Of a DNA stretch of 64,000 nt, positions 9,544 through 18,852 are shown in pieces. Position 1 is the first letter of the stretch; each line of letters starts with the position of its first letter. The notes under the pieces were generated by a model. The model was not told the origin of the DNA and made no database searches. It worked only from the letters and a program-made list of their open reading frames with translations. A program made the translations under genes and the position numbers. This stretch comes from a virus (lineage: Duplodnaviria > Caudoviricetes), in the IMG/VR virus record IMGVR_UViG_3300044656_000238, positions 1 through 64,000 of that record; one strand, 5' to 3'.

Positions 9544-9618
9544 GACAATCGCCCCCTCTGAGTGTGTTGGTCCCCGCCCGCGGACACACGGCGGCGCGGA
9601 ACGAGAGAGAAGGTGTGG

Positions 9619-10515
9619 TCAGGCCGACTCATCGGCCGGCTTGACCCACAAACCGACCACCGTGCCCCTACAGCGATCGCGCCCGAGGCAGTCGATGTAG
9701 CCGCGCACGGGGTACAAGGCGCGCAGCAGACGGAAGTCGCCGACCGATAGCCGGGCCAGCAGCAGCCCGTGGACAGCGCGGCAGGGCGCACAGGTGTTGG
9801 TGTCGAGCACCTCGCTCGCCCGAAGCTCCGCGTCCTCCGCGCCGACGGCACCGAGGAATGTGGCGATCCGTGCCTGGTTCTGCGCGCCCGTAAGGAACGA
9901 GCCGAGGACATACCGCACCTGCGCGTCGGTGAGGGAGTCCAGGTGTTTGGTGACCTTCTTGCTGGTGTCCTCAGCAATCGCCTGGCGCGCCGCCTCCGCG
10001 GCCTCTTTCGGTGGCCGACCGACGTGTTCGGCTTCCTTCGCCGCTTCCTTGGCCTGCTCGGCGACGACGGACTCGGGTGGGTGCACGCGGGCTGCTTCGG
10101 CGGCTGCCGAGTTCGTCAGGGCATCGGCGAGCAGCTGGCTTGCGACTTGGGCTTGGCGTTCGAGCTCCGCGGAGCCGGGCTCGACTGGTTGGATCGTGAC
10201 ACCCTGCGCGGCTGCCTCCTGGACGACGTGATGCGCCGCCGTGCGCGCATACGCGACAAGCGCGTCATGCACCACCCGAGTACCGTCCGCGGCGTCAAGG
10301 TCTAGACGCGTCAGGCCCGGCAGCCCGCGGGCCAGCAGCTGCGCGGTGATCTGCTCGGCGAGGCTGGCCACCCACGACGTCTTGATCGCGGCCCACGCCA
10401 GAAGCAGCGCGGCGAGAGCGACGGCGAACGCAGCCTCGACCGGTTTCAGGTCGACGGACTCGGCTTGTTGCTGGTCGACGTCGGGTTGCTGGGTGCCGGG
10501 GGTTGGGGAGGACAC
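9619..10515 (-). CDS. Minor head protein (Mu gpF-like)
   Basis: SEVLDTNTCAPCRAVHG...CLGRDRCRG motif. Lies between portal and protease. Confidence 0.75.
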   Translation of the reverse strand: MSSPTPGTQQPDVDQQQAESVDLKPVEAAFAVALAALLLAWAAIKTSWVASLAEQITAQLLARGLPGLTRLDLDAADGTRVVHDALVAYARTAAHHVVQEAAAQGVTIQPVEPGSAELERQAQVASQLLADALTNSAAAEAARVHPPESVVAEQAKEAAKEAEHVGRPPKEAAEAARQAIAEDTSKKVTKHLDSLTDAQVRYVLGSFLTGAQNQARIATFLGAVGAEDAELRASEVLDTNTCAPCRAVHGLLLARLSVGDFRLLRALYPVRGYIDCLGRDRCRGTVVGLWVKPADESA

Positions 10516-10660
10516 AACGCCTCCCGCAGCCCGTCGATGACCTGTTGGACGCCGGCCGGCTCGGATTCCAACGCGCTGATCGCCCGCTCGATTGCCGCGG
10601 TGAGCACGTCCACCTGACGCCCGAGGATCCCGACCACCGCCCTGGTTGTGGCCGGGCGTG

Positions 10661-12043
10661 TCAGAACGAGCCCCAGGACGACATCAAGGCGACAAGCTGC
10701 TCTGCCGCAGGGATTGCCCGCAGGGCCTCAGCTGTGCCGCCGGCACCGGGGAGACGCAGCCGCGCCTCGACGGGGTCCGATGGGGTCTGAATCTGCTGGG
10801 GTGGCCCGACGTAGGGGATGTTCGGCAGGGACATGGCCTCGGCGACCGCGACGGGGTCGTAGCCGGCGGCGACTAGTTCGGCGGCGGCGTGCGCGTTTGC
10901 CGCGGTGGTCGCGGCGTCGGCCTGCCAGTCGTCCGGCACCGGGTTGTCGTAGTCCCACGTGTACTCGCCGTTCGCGGCGGTGCTGAACATGGGCAGGAAC
11001 CGGACGTTGAGCGCATCTCGGATCCGGTTGAGCTTGTTCACCAGTTGGTACTTGGCGTAGATGTACTCGGACGCCTCAGCGGAGGCGCGGTTGACGTCCT
11101 CGACGACACCGAGCAGTGCCTTGGGGACGCGGTAGCCCTCGTAGACGGTGTTGCGGTCGTCCTGCCGTAGCTCGACGAGCATCAGGTCTTTGAGGCTGTT
11201 GTCGTTCTGGATCCACTTGCCGCGCTCGATGATCGCCACGCGGTGCGCGTTCCTCACGCCGCGGTGCTGCTCCGCCCAGCGTTCGCTGAGCTCATAGAAC
11301 TCCTCGTCGCTCAGGTTGACGTCCTGCTCGATCTGGATGATCCCGCCAGGGTTCGCGCTGTTCTGGAAGTAGTTCCGGCGGAACTCGGCAGTCATCTTGG
11401 CCGAGTCCAGATCGGTCATCAGCGGTTGCGCCGGCGCCACACCACCCAACGGATCCGACGGGTCCACCATCTGCAACGGAATGACCTCGTCCAGTTGCAG
11501 TGGGATCTTCTCGCCGAGCGGACCCAGGTAGCAGTACCCGACCAGGTACTTCTCGGGGTCGGGGATCGGCACGATGTCCGCACGGTTGATCGGCCACATC
11601 GTGACCGGAATCCCAGCGGTGTTACGGACGACGACCCAGTACACGAGCCCGGTCAGCTCCAGCAGCAGCTGCGAGTACTCTCGGAAGAAGTTGCCGGTCA
11701 TGAACGGATTCGGCGAGTTCCACACCCGGATCGCCTGGTGGCTCGTGATTTCCTTGCGCGGGTCCGGCCCGGAGATCCTGCCTCGGCCGGTGTGTGTCTG
11801 GAACAGCCGCCACGTCGCGCCGGCGACTGCGGTCGCGTTGAACCCCGCCGCGGAGAACAGGGGCGTGTTCGACTTGTAGGCGTCGATCTGCCGCTCGGTG
11901 TCGTTCCCGTAGCCGGCGAGCACATTCGAGAATCCCAGCACGCTGCGGCCGCCGGACATCGGCACAGGCGGACCACCGGTCTTCGCGGCCTGCTTCGACA
12001 CCGCCGACGCGGCCCGAACCAGCGCGCCCATAGGCGACCTCAC
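10661..12043 (-). CDS. HK97-family portal protein
   Basis: PNPFMTG, YFQNSANPGGII and YRVPKALLG motifs. Confidence 0.92.
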   Translation of the reverse strand: MRSPMGALVRAASAVSKQAAKTGGPPVPMSGGRSVLGFSNVLAGYGNDTERQIDAYKSNTPLFSAAGFNATAVAGATWRLFQTHTGRGRISGPDPRKEITSHQAIRVWNSPNPFMTGNFFREYSQLLLELTGLVYWVVVRNTAGIPVTMWPINRADIVPIPDPEKYLVGYCYLGPLGEKIPLQLDEVIPLQMVDPSDPLGGVAPAQPLMTDLDSAKMTAEFRRNYFQNSANPGGIIQIEQDVNLSDEEFYELSERWAEQHRGVRNAHRVAIIERGKWIQNDNSLKDLMLVELRQDDRNTVYEGYRVPKALLGVVEDVNRASAEASEYIYAKYQLVNKLNRIRDALNVRFLPMFSTAANGEYTWDYDNPVPDDWQADAATTAANAHAAAELVAAGYDPVAVAEAMSLPNIPYVGPPQQIQTPSDPVEARLRLPGAGGTAEALRAIPAAEQLVALMSSWGSF

Positions 12044-12285
12044 TGGTCACCGTCCTGCTTGGGCTTGCTCTCGGTGAGGTACTCCAGCACCAGCAGCGAG
12101 AGGCCGCCGGCGATCCAGCCCAGGATCGGCTGCCACTGGTAGATGCCGTAGTCGATCGCGCCCAGCCCCGCCACCGCCATCACCGCGGTGCGCGCCTTGG
12201 CGGCGACGTTGCGGACAGCGCCCCACACGTCGGGGGCAGAGACGGTGGCACGGAGCATCAACCCTGCGGTGGCCTTGCGGAGCAT
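12040..12285 (-). CDS. Small two-TM membrane protein between terL and portal
   Basis: Coupled ATG at 12285. Two hydrophobic segments. Confidence 0.65.
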   Translation of the reverse strand: MLRKATAGLMLRATVSAPDVWGAVRNVAAKARTAVMAVAGLGAIDYGIYQWQPILGWIAGGLSLLVLEYLTESKPKQDGDQ

Positions 12286-13694
12286 CAGCGGCCCCCCATC
12301 ACTCGGATCCTGGGTTTGACCGTGTTGTCCCGGTGAGCGCACAGATAGCGGCCGCCGTCGCAGCCGTGATCGTCTTCCTTGACCGGTTCTTCCTTGCCCG
12401 GTGCCCACACGTAGCCGGGAAGTTCCTCGATCGTGCAGGTCGGCTTCTTTGCGTCAGCCAGCTCCGGGTCGCGCTTCCACAGAGCGTCGCGCACGAAGTA
12501 GATGCGCGGCTTGCCGTCCGGCTGCTTCTTGAAGCGAGACTGCATGGCCTGGATGCCGGGCTTGACCTTCTTCTGCGCCGCTGCGGTACCACGGCCGAAC
12601 TTGCGATGGAACGTCTCCCTGTCCTCGGCGTCGTGATCGGCGAGGATTGCGCGCGGCGCAGGCTCAAGCCACTGGCCGGCATCGTCGAACACTTGGGCCT
12701 TGAGGTCCTCGACGTGGTCCTCGACGAGCCGCCGGCTCATGTACTGCTCGGCGTACAGGTACAGCCTGCCGTCGTCGTCTTCAGCCCACCGTTGCAAGAC
12801 GAACGGGTTGGTGAAACCGAAGTCGATGGTCCACCAGCGCTGCCACTCCCAGGGCAGGCCCCGAGCGCACAAGCGGGTGTTCTTCCAGCCTCCGTGCCGC
12901 TCCCGGATCTCATCGATCGTGGTGAGGTGTACGGCTGGGTCGAAGTCGTCGTAGATCTGGCCCTCAGCCGCTACCCACAATCCCTTGCGCAGCCGCAGGT
13001 AGCGGACGCCGGTGAGGTTGTCCAGTTTGTTGATGTAGGCGGCGCCGCCCTCGGTGAGGACGTACTCGATGCGTTCGGTGCCGTCGGGGGACTGGACGTA
13101 GCGCTCGTCGTACAGCGCGGGGTTGTCCTCGTGCCTGGACTCCAACATCACCGTGGCGCCACGCCGGGCGCGTTCTCGCAGCCAATGCGTAGGAACGTCG
13201 GGATTGCAGTCAGCCAACAATTGTTGGAAGGAAACGCGCCAATTGCGAAGCCGGGTAGTGATCGCTTCCCAGTCATTTTCGGTGAGTTCGGTTGCCTCTT
13301 GCACGTAGGCCAAATCGTATTCGGAACTCATAATCCGAATACTTTTATCCATTCCCCCCACGGTAATTGTTGATCCGTTGGAGTACCGATACTGCGCCGC
13401 CTCCTGCGGCGAGCCGCCGTACCAGTGGACATCACCCGACGCGAGAGCCTCGGCGGCGACCTTCTGCCGGTAGGTCACCAGCCCAGTCGACCCGAGGGAG
13501 GTCAACGTCTTGCGGATGATGATGCCGCGCATGCCCGGGTTCAGCAGGCACATCGTGTGCAGCTTCTCCAGGCACGCCAAAGACTTGCCCGTGCCGGCAG
13601 GGCCGGCTATCAGCAACTCGGGAGCGCGGTTGAAGAACAGTTCCTTCGCGATGCCGCGCGGCTTGTAGCGGTGGACGATCGTGCGGGTGGGCAA
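12285..13694 (-). CDS. terL: Terminase large subunit
   Basis: Walker A GPAGTGKS, Walker B YVQEATE, DCNP, nuclease IDFGFTNP and DDHGCDGGRY motifs. Confidence 0.95.
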   Translation of the reverse strand: MPTRTIVHRYKPRGIAKELFFNRAPELLIAGPAGTGKSLACLEKLHTMCLLNPGMRGIIIRKTLTSLGSTGLVTYRQKVAAEALASGDVHWYGGSPQEAAQYRYSNGSTITVGGMDKSIRIMSSEYDLAYVQEATELTENDWEAITTRLRNWRVSFQQLLADCNPDVPTHWLRERARRGATVMLESRHEDNPALYDERYVQSPDGTERIEYVLTEGGAAYINKLDNLTGVRYLRLRKGLWVAAEGQIYDDFDPAVHLTTIDEIRERHGGWKNTRLCARGLPWEWQRWWTIDFGFTNPFVLQRWAEDDDGRLYLYAEQYMSRRLVEDHVEDLKAQVFDDAGQWLEPAPRAILADHDAEDRETFHRKFGRGTAAAQKKVKPGIQAMQSRFKKQPDGKPRIYFVRDALWKRDPELADAKKPTCTIEELPGYVWAPGKEEPVKEDDHGCDGGRYLCAHRDNTVKPRIRVMGGR

Positions 13695-13717
13695 TGCTCA
13701 CCCCCTAACGGGGCCGC

Positions 13718-13996
13718 CTACACGGTCCAGGGCTGCCCGCAGGTAGCGCACGCGTGCAGCGGCGCCTCGTCACCCGTGGCGGTCGGAACCTTGTTGTGAG
13801 TCGCCAGGTGGCACACGCACTGGTGGCCGAAGCCAGCATCCCGGCTGACACCGCACTCGCCCGGCGTTTGAGGGATCTCGACCTCGTCCCACCCGAACCC
13901 GCAGGAACACAGGTGCTGGCCGTCGTGATCAAGGTCGAGGGTGCACACGTGGTCGTGCTGGTCATCAGCGCCGACATGCCCAGCCGAACAGTTCAC
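13718..13996 (-). CDS. Cys/His-rich hypothetical protein
   Basis: Two C..C.L..H...H.CxC..W-like repeats. Confidence 0.55.
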   Translation of the reverse strand: MNCSAGHVGADDQHDHVCTLDLDHDGQHLCSCGFGWDEVEIPQTPGECGVSRDAGFGHQCVCHLATHNKVPTATGDEAPLHACATCGQPWTV

Positions 13997-14097
13997 GAAC
14001 CTGCCGCCTCTGCGCCGTCGACGGTGACGCTTCCGCCGCCGTTCCGGTTGATCTCGATGCGGACGTCACGCTCCACGTCGTCGGTCACCTCGCTGTC

Positions 14098-14535
14098 TCA
14101 CGTAGCCGCGAAAAGTCGAGACACCGCAGCGGCCTTGGCCTGTAGCGGCACCGCGTCGCCCGGTGGTCCCATGGCGTCATGACGTTGGTCGAAGAGGTCC
14201 GCGCCCGCCGGTTGCCGGCAGCAGAGATGCGCAGGGCAATCCGCATTGCAGCTGGCGTATCGCAGGTTCGGATGGCTGCGGAACTGCCGTCGCCAGCGCT
14301 CAGCCTCCTCAAGGCGTCCCTTGTGATCGGCCGTGAAGCACTCACTGGCCTCTTGGCTGAACTGGAGGATCCGGGCGGCGCGGTCCAGTCGTTCGTCGGC
14401 GGAGAGCGAGTTCCAGCGAGCGATCCACTGCCCCGGCGTCGGCCAGACGCCTTCGAGGCACGGAGTGTGGTCCTCACCGGCACGGAGGCGTTCGATCTCC
14501 GCCTTGGCCTCGACCAGGTCATCGGCGTCACTCAC
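14098..14535 (-). CDS. Hypothetical protein with a probably chimeric C-terminus
   Basis: GTG coupled to the upstream stop. The C-terminus is antisense to an HTH remnant. Confidence 0.55.
   Translation of the reverse strand: MSDADDLVEAKAEIERLRAGEDHTPCLEGVWPTPGQWIARWNSLSADERLDRAARILQFSQEASECFTADHKGRLEEAERWRRQFRSHPNLRYASCNADCPAHLCCRQPAGADLFDQRHDAMGPPGDAVPLQAKAAAVSRLFAAT
14179..14286 (+). pseudogene. Truncated XRE-type HTH gene remnant
   Basis: MTLVEEVRARRLPAAEMRRAIRIAAGVSQVRMAAEL breaks off before the recognition helix. Confidence 0.5.
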
Positions 14536-14708
14536 CGGGATGCCCCCGACTCGATCGCAGCCACGAGCGCGCCGAACTGGATGCGCAGCCACTCGCCTGG
14601 CGTCTCCGGCCGGGGCCGGCACGGGTATGCCCGGCCCGCATGCTGGACTAGCACGTACCCGTCTTCGTCCGTGGTGAGCGTGCCCCACTGCGAGCACACC
14701 GTGCACAT
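14532..14708 (-). CDS. Small Cys-containing hypothetical protein
   Basis: MCTVCSQWG..., coupled to the downstream gene. Confidence 0.45.
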   Translation of the reverse strand: MCTVCSQWGTLTTDEDGYVLVQHAGRAYPCRPRPETPGEWLRIQFGALVAAIESGASR

Positions 14709-14814
14709 GTCGCTCTCGCCGGCGGGGCGATGAGGCAGGGCACCAGTCCTCACTTCGCGCCCCCAAGCTGTTGCAGCTGCTCGGCCGCGTCCCGACGGGC
14801 AGCCACGTATTCGG

Positions 14815-15231
14815 TCATGTCAGCGCCGCCTTCGCCGCGTCCCCGTCACCCAGGTCGACCTGGTAGCTGGTGACCGTCGCGTTCAGCTCCTGCTTCACCA
14901 CGGCGTCCAGACCGAGCAGCTTCGCCCGGCGCTCCAAAATCTTCAACACGGTCTCCACCACCCGAGGATCACCCCCGAGCGCCTTCGTCCACACCGCAGC
15001 CTGCAACCGGTCCAAGCGCATCAGATCAACCGTGCGGAGCTCTTCGACCGATTCACGCTCAGCCGCCCGGTTTGCCTCCAGAGCCCGCTGCACATCTTTA
15101 GTCGCCGCACCCCTGGTGGCGTATCCCAGCCGCTGCGTGATGGTGTCGTAATCGACACCCGCAAGCAGCATCGCGATGGCCTTCGCGCGCCGTTCGGCGG
15201 TCTTCGCGCGTTGCGCTTTGGATGCGGGCAT
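14815..15231 (-). CDS. terS: Terminase small subunit (HTH type)
   Basis: GGAGG RBS. N-terminal HTH (AGVDYDTITQRLGY) and RLDRL...RRAKLLGLD motif. Confidence 0.7.
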   Translation of the reverse strand: MPASKAQRAKTAERRAKAIAMLLAGVDYDTITQRLGYATRGAATKDVQRALEANRAAERESVEELRTVDLMRLDRLQAAVWTKALGGDPRVVETVLKILERRAKLLGLDAVVKQELNATVTSYQVDLGDGDAAKAALT

Positions 15232-15292
15232 GGCCACCTCCTGACGGCACGTTTCTTTAAGGCGGCACGTTCCCTGGGCCGAACGAGGCACG

Positions 15293-16536
15293 TCAGGTGT
15301 CGGTGAAGTCGTGTTCGTCGCCCGTCGACAACAGCACCGGCAGCGTGCCCGTGTGCTCCTGATACCGGCGGCAGATGACATCCGCGTACCGCGGGTCCAG
15401 CTCCACAACGCGGGCCTGCGCGCCGTGCTGGTGAGCGGCGATCAGTGTGGACCCGGACCCGCCGAACGGCTCGAACACCAGCCCGCGCGGCGGGCACGAG
15501 TTCGCCAGGCAGCGGGTGATCAGCTCGACCGGCTTCATCGTCGGGTGGTCACCGCTGCGGGGCGGCTTCGGCACCTCGAGGACGCTGGTCTGGGCATTGT
15601 CGCCGAACCAGGCGTCGCCTCCGCGTCCGCGCCGCCCTTCGCCGCCCGGGGTGAACCCATAGAGGATCGGCTCGTGCCGATAGTGGTAATCGGAGTGGCC
15701 AAGAACCATGATGTCCTTGACCCAGACCAGGTTCTGACGCAGCGACCACCCGGCGGTGGTGAACGCTTCGGCGAAGGTGGTGGCAAGCGGGCCGGGAGCG
15801 TGGCACACGTACACCGGAGCGCCGGACCGCAGGGCTGCGGTGGCTACGGCGAACGCGCCGGCGAGCAGCTCGGGCAGGTCGCCGGCACCGTCGTTGCGGA
15901 TGGTCAGTGCCTGCTTGGTCTTGCCAACGTAGTCGACGCCGTAGGGCGGGTCGGTCCACATGATGTGGCAGCGGTCGCCGTCGAGCATGGCCTCCACGGC
16001 GGTGATGTCGGTGGAGTCGCCGCACAGCACGCGGTGCGGGCCGAGCAACCAGACATCGCCAAGCTTGGATACCGGTTCCCGGGGGGCGACGGAGCGTCGT
16101 CTGGGTCGTTCAGCGCGGGCGGGAGTTCCTCGACGTGCGGGTTGAGCAAGGCGTCGACGTCGTCGGCGGTCCACCCGGTGCCCTCGTAGTCGTCATCCAG
16201 GTAGGACAGCAACTCGACCAGGGCGTCGTCGTCATAGCCGCCGAGTTCGGCGAGCCTGTTGTCGGCCAGGTTGATCCGGCGGGCCTCGTCGTCGGTGCAG
16301 GTCAGCAGCTCGCAACGGGCCGTCTTGTGGCCCTCGGCGCGGAGGGCGTCGAACGTGTGGTTGCCGGCCAGGATGACCAGGTTGCCGCCGGTGTCGCGGA
16401 CCACGATCGCCCGGTACTGGCCGTGTCGGCGGATGGACTGCTGGAGCTGGTCGACGTCGCCGCGGCGCGCGTTGCCCGGGTAGCGGGTGAGGTCGCCGAG
16501 GGGAACGTCGCGGGTGCCCTGGTAGTCGACAGTCAC
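15293..16536 (-). pseudogene. ParB-N plus N4/N6 DNA methyltransferase split by a frameshift at a C6 tract (16081-16086)
   Basis: The ParB-like frame (PGNARRGDV...AGNHT...LADNR) and the MTase frame (TDPPY, HPTMKP, EPFGGSGS) are offset by 1 nt. Confidence 0.8.
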
Positions 16537-18113
16537 CGGTCACCGCCCGTGGTGAAGTCCATCTCGACCTCGGTGCCGCCGGCGACGCGGCGCGGCAGCT
16601 CGCCGGTGTGGTCTTGATAGCGACGGCAGATCACGTCGACGTAGCCGGGCTCGAGCTCGATCGCGACGACGCGGCGCCGGAGGCGGTGCGCGGCGATGAA
16701 CTCCGGGCCGCTGCCGCCGAACGGCACGCCGATCACGTCGCCCGGCCGGCTGCTGGTCTTCATCGCCCGCTCCACCATCCTCACGGGCTTGGGGGTGGCG
16801 TGCCCCTGCCGCTCGTCGCCGTGCACGCGGGGGAACTCCCAGACGTCGCGCATGATGTCGTGGGTGTTGTCGAAGAACGTGCGCTGCTCGCGGAGCTTCG
16901 CGGCGAGGCTGCGGCGGTGCTCGTTGCCGCCCGTGCGCAGGTCGGGGAATAGCTCGTCGAACAGATCGGCGTAGCGGCGGGTGAAGGCGCGGCCGCTTGC
17001 GGCCTGCTGAAGGATGCGGTACTGGTGCTCCGGGATCGGGGCGAACTGCGACCGGGTGAACCAGTGCCCGGACATCTGCGTGCCAGTCAGCTGGTTGACG
17101 TCCCGGTTGGACCAGCCGGCTTTGTCTCGCTCCGCGCACAACCACGACCGCAGCGGCTCATACCCTTCCCAGAAGTCGTCCTTGTTCTGGTTGCCGAGGA
17201 ACTGTTCCCCACGCATCAGGAACAGGCAGCGCTCGGTCGCGGTCGGGTAGGAGTGCTCGGCCGCCGAGCGCATCCCGATCGCGCTTCCCTTGTCCCACAC
17301 GATCTCGTTACGGACCATGAGGTCGGGGCGCTTGGCCAGGCCGCCGGTCCACCACAGGCGCCACAGGTCGGGGGCGTTGCCCCAGATGTAGGCGCTGGCG
17401 TTGTCGGCCAGGTGCGGTTCCCAGGCGTTCCACCAGTGCATCTGGAACTCGTCGAGCTTGGGGCCGTACAGGTTGTCGTTGAGGACGCCGTCGGCTTCTT
17501 TGCCCATGCCGTAGGGCGGGTCGGCGTGTAGGAGGGTGATCGTGTCCTCGCCGACAACGTGCCGGACGGCGGCGGGATCGGTGCTGTCGCCGCACAGGAG
17601 ACGATGGGAGCCGAGCAGCCACAGGTCGCCCAGCTTGCTCACCGGTTGGCTCGGGGGCTCTGGTGCGACTGGTGGTTCGGTGTCGTCGTCCAGCTCGTCG
17701 ACGCGGGGATTCAGGAGCGCGTCAAGGTCCTCTGACGTGTAGCCGGTGCCCTCGATGTCCTCCTCGAAGTAGGCGAGGAGTTCGGCGAGGGCTTCGTCGT
17801 CGTACTCGCCCAGCTCGGCGGTGCGGTTGTCCGCGAGGTTGATACGCCGGGCGGTGGTGTCGTCGCAGGTGATGATCTCGCAGCGCGCCGTGGCATGCCC
17901 AGCCTTGTCGAGGGCCTCGTGCGTGTGGTTACCGGCGAGGATCACCAACTGGCCGTCGCCAGTGTCCCGCACGACCAGAGCCCGGTACTGGCCGTTGCGG
18001 CGGATGCTGGCGGTGATCTCGTCGACGTTGCCGCGTTTGGCGTTACCGGGGAACCGCGAGAGCTGACCGAGGGGGATGTCGCGGGTCTCGACGTAGACAG
18101 CCGGCACCGTCAC
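16533..18113 (-). CDS. ParB-N plus beta-class N4/N6 DNA methyltransferase with an HTH-like insert
   Basis: AGNHT and LADNR (ParB-like), ADPPY, HATPKP and PFGGSG motifs. Confidence 0.88.
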   Translation of the reverse strand: MTVPAVYVETRDIPLGQLSRFPGNAKRGNVDEITASIRRNGQYRALVVRDTGDGQLVILAGNHTHEALDKAGHATARCEIITCDDTTARRINLADNRTAELGEYDDEALAELLAYFEEDIEGTGYTSEDLDALLNPRVDELDDDTEPPVAPEPPSQPVSKLGDLWLLGSHRLLCGDSTDPAAVRHVVGEDTITLLHADPPYGMGKEADGVLNDNLYGPKLDEFQMHWWNAWEPHLADNASAYIWGNAPDLWRLWWTGGLAKRPDLMVRNEIVWDKGSAIGMRSAAEHSYPTATERCLFLMRGEQFLGNQNKDDFWEGYEPLRSWLCAERDKAGWSNRDVNQLTGTQMSGHWFTRSQFAPIPEHQYRILQQAASGRAFTRRYADLFDELFPDLRTGGNEHRRSLAAKLREQRTFFDNTHDIMRDVWEFPRVHGDERQGHATPKPVRMVERAMKTSSRPGDVIGVPFGGSGPEFIAAHRLRRRVVAIELEPGYVDVICRRYQDHTGELPRRVAGGTEVEMDFTTGGDR

Positions 18114-18157
18114 CCCCTCTATGCGTCAGTCGGAGCGGCCGCTCGTGAGGGCCCGCT

Positions 18158-18640
18158 CTAGCTGCGGGCCCTCAGATTGAGACTGTGCTCCAAGTTCTCC
18201 CAGTCCGGCCATTCGCGTCGGACTTCGGCGAGGTACGAGTGGAGTTCGGGCGTCAGTTGGAAGTATTCATTCTTGCCGGTTGAAAGGTGTCGAAACTGTC
18301 GATGGGCCGCCCGCTCCTCTTTGAATGAACCCGGATGGGCTGCGAGGAGCGTCATCGCGCCAGTTGCCTTCTTGCTGAGGGCGAGGAACCGTATGCGGGG
18401 GTTCGTCGTGGTTCCGATCTTGACCGTCTGGCCACCGTCTAGCGTGAGGAAGTAGACCATCGCCGTAAAGGTTGTGGCCGGCTTGGTGGCTGAGACGCGC
18501 TCTTCCTCTCGGGAGAGCCCGAGGGCCTGCCTGACTGCTCGCACGTGTGTAGGGCAGAGGGCGACGCCTCCAAGATCTTGCTCGCTAGGGATCCAGCATC
18601 CGGCAGCCACGCAAGCAGGCTTGCGCGTAGGGTTTGCCAT
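18158..18640 (-). CDS. GIY-YIG superfamily (T5orf172-like) protein
   Basis: VYFL...VKIGTT..P..R...E...H..F...EYF motif. Lower GC, with its own leader. Confidence 0.75.
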   Translation of the reverse strand: MANPTRKPACVAAGCWIPSEQDLGGVALCPTHVRAVRQALGLSREEERVSATKPATTFTAMVYFLTLDGGQTVKIGTTTNPRIRFLALSKKATGAMTLLAAHPGSFKEERAAHRQFRHLSTGKNEYFQLTPELHSYLAEVRREWPDWENLEHSLNLRARS

Positions 18641-18711
18641 GTCGACTCCTAGTTAGTCGGCCGCGCCCCGGGGGTGTTCACAGCACTCGCCGGGGTCTCC
18701 AGCCGATTCTA
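18641..18711 (-). promoter_or_regulatory. -10 box TAGAAT and structured 5' leader of the GIY-YIG gene
   Basis: TAGAAT at 18706-18711, hairpin CCCCGG..GTGCT/AACAC..CCGGGG, and a GACT/AGTC stem over the AGGAG RBS. Confidence 0.5.
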
Positions 18712-18852
18712 GTCGCACGGCTATTCGATTTTGGTATTTCGACCAGCGTTTCGCCGTACAGATGGACTGTCGGCAGTGTTGGGTGCGACCTGCGAAAACG
18801 CGGCACCTTTGACGGCTCGGGTGTTCACTGTGCGTGCGGTCGGGTCTCTGTG

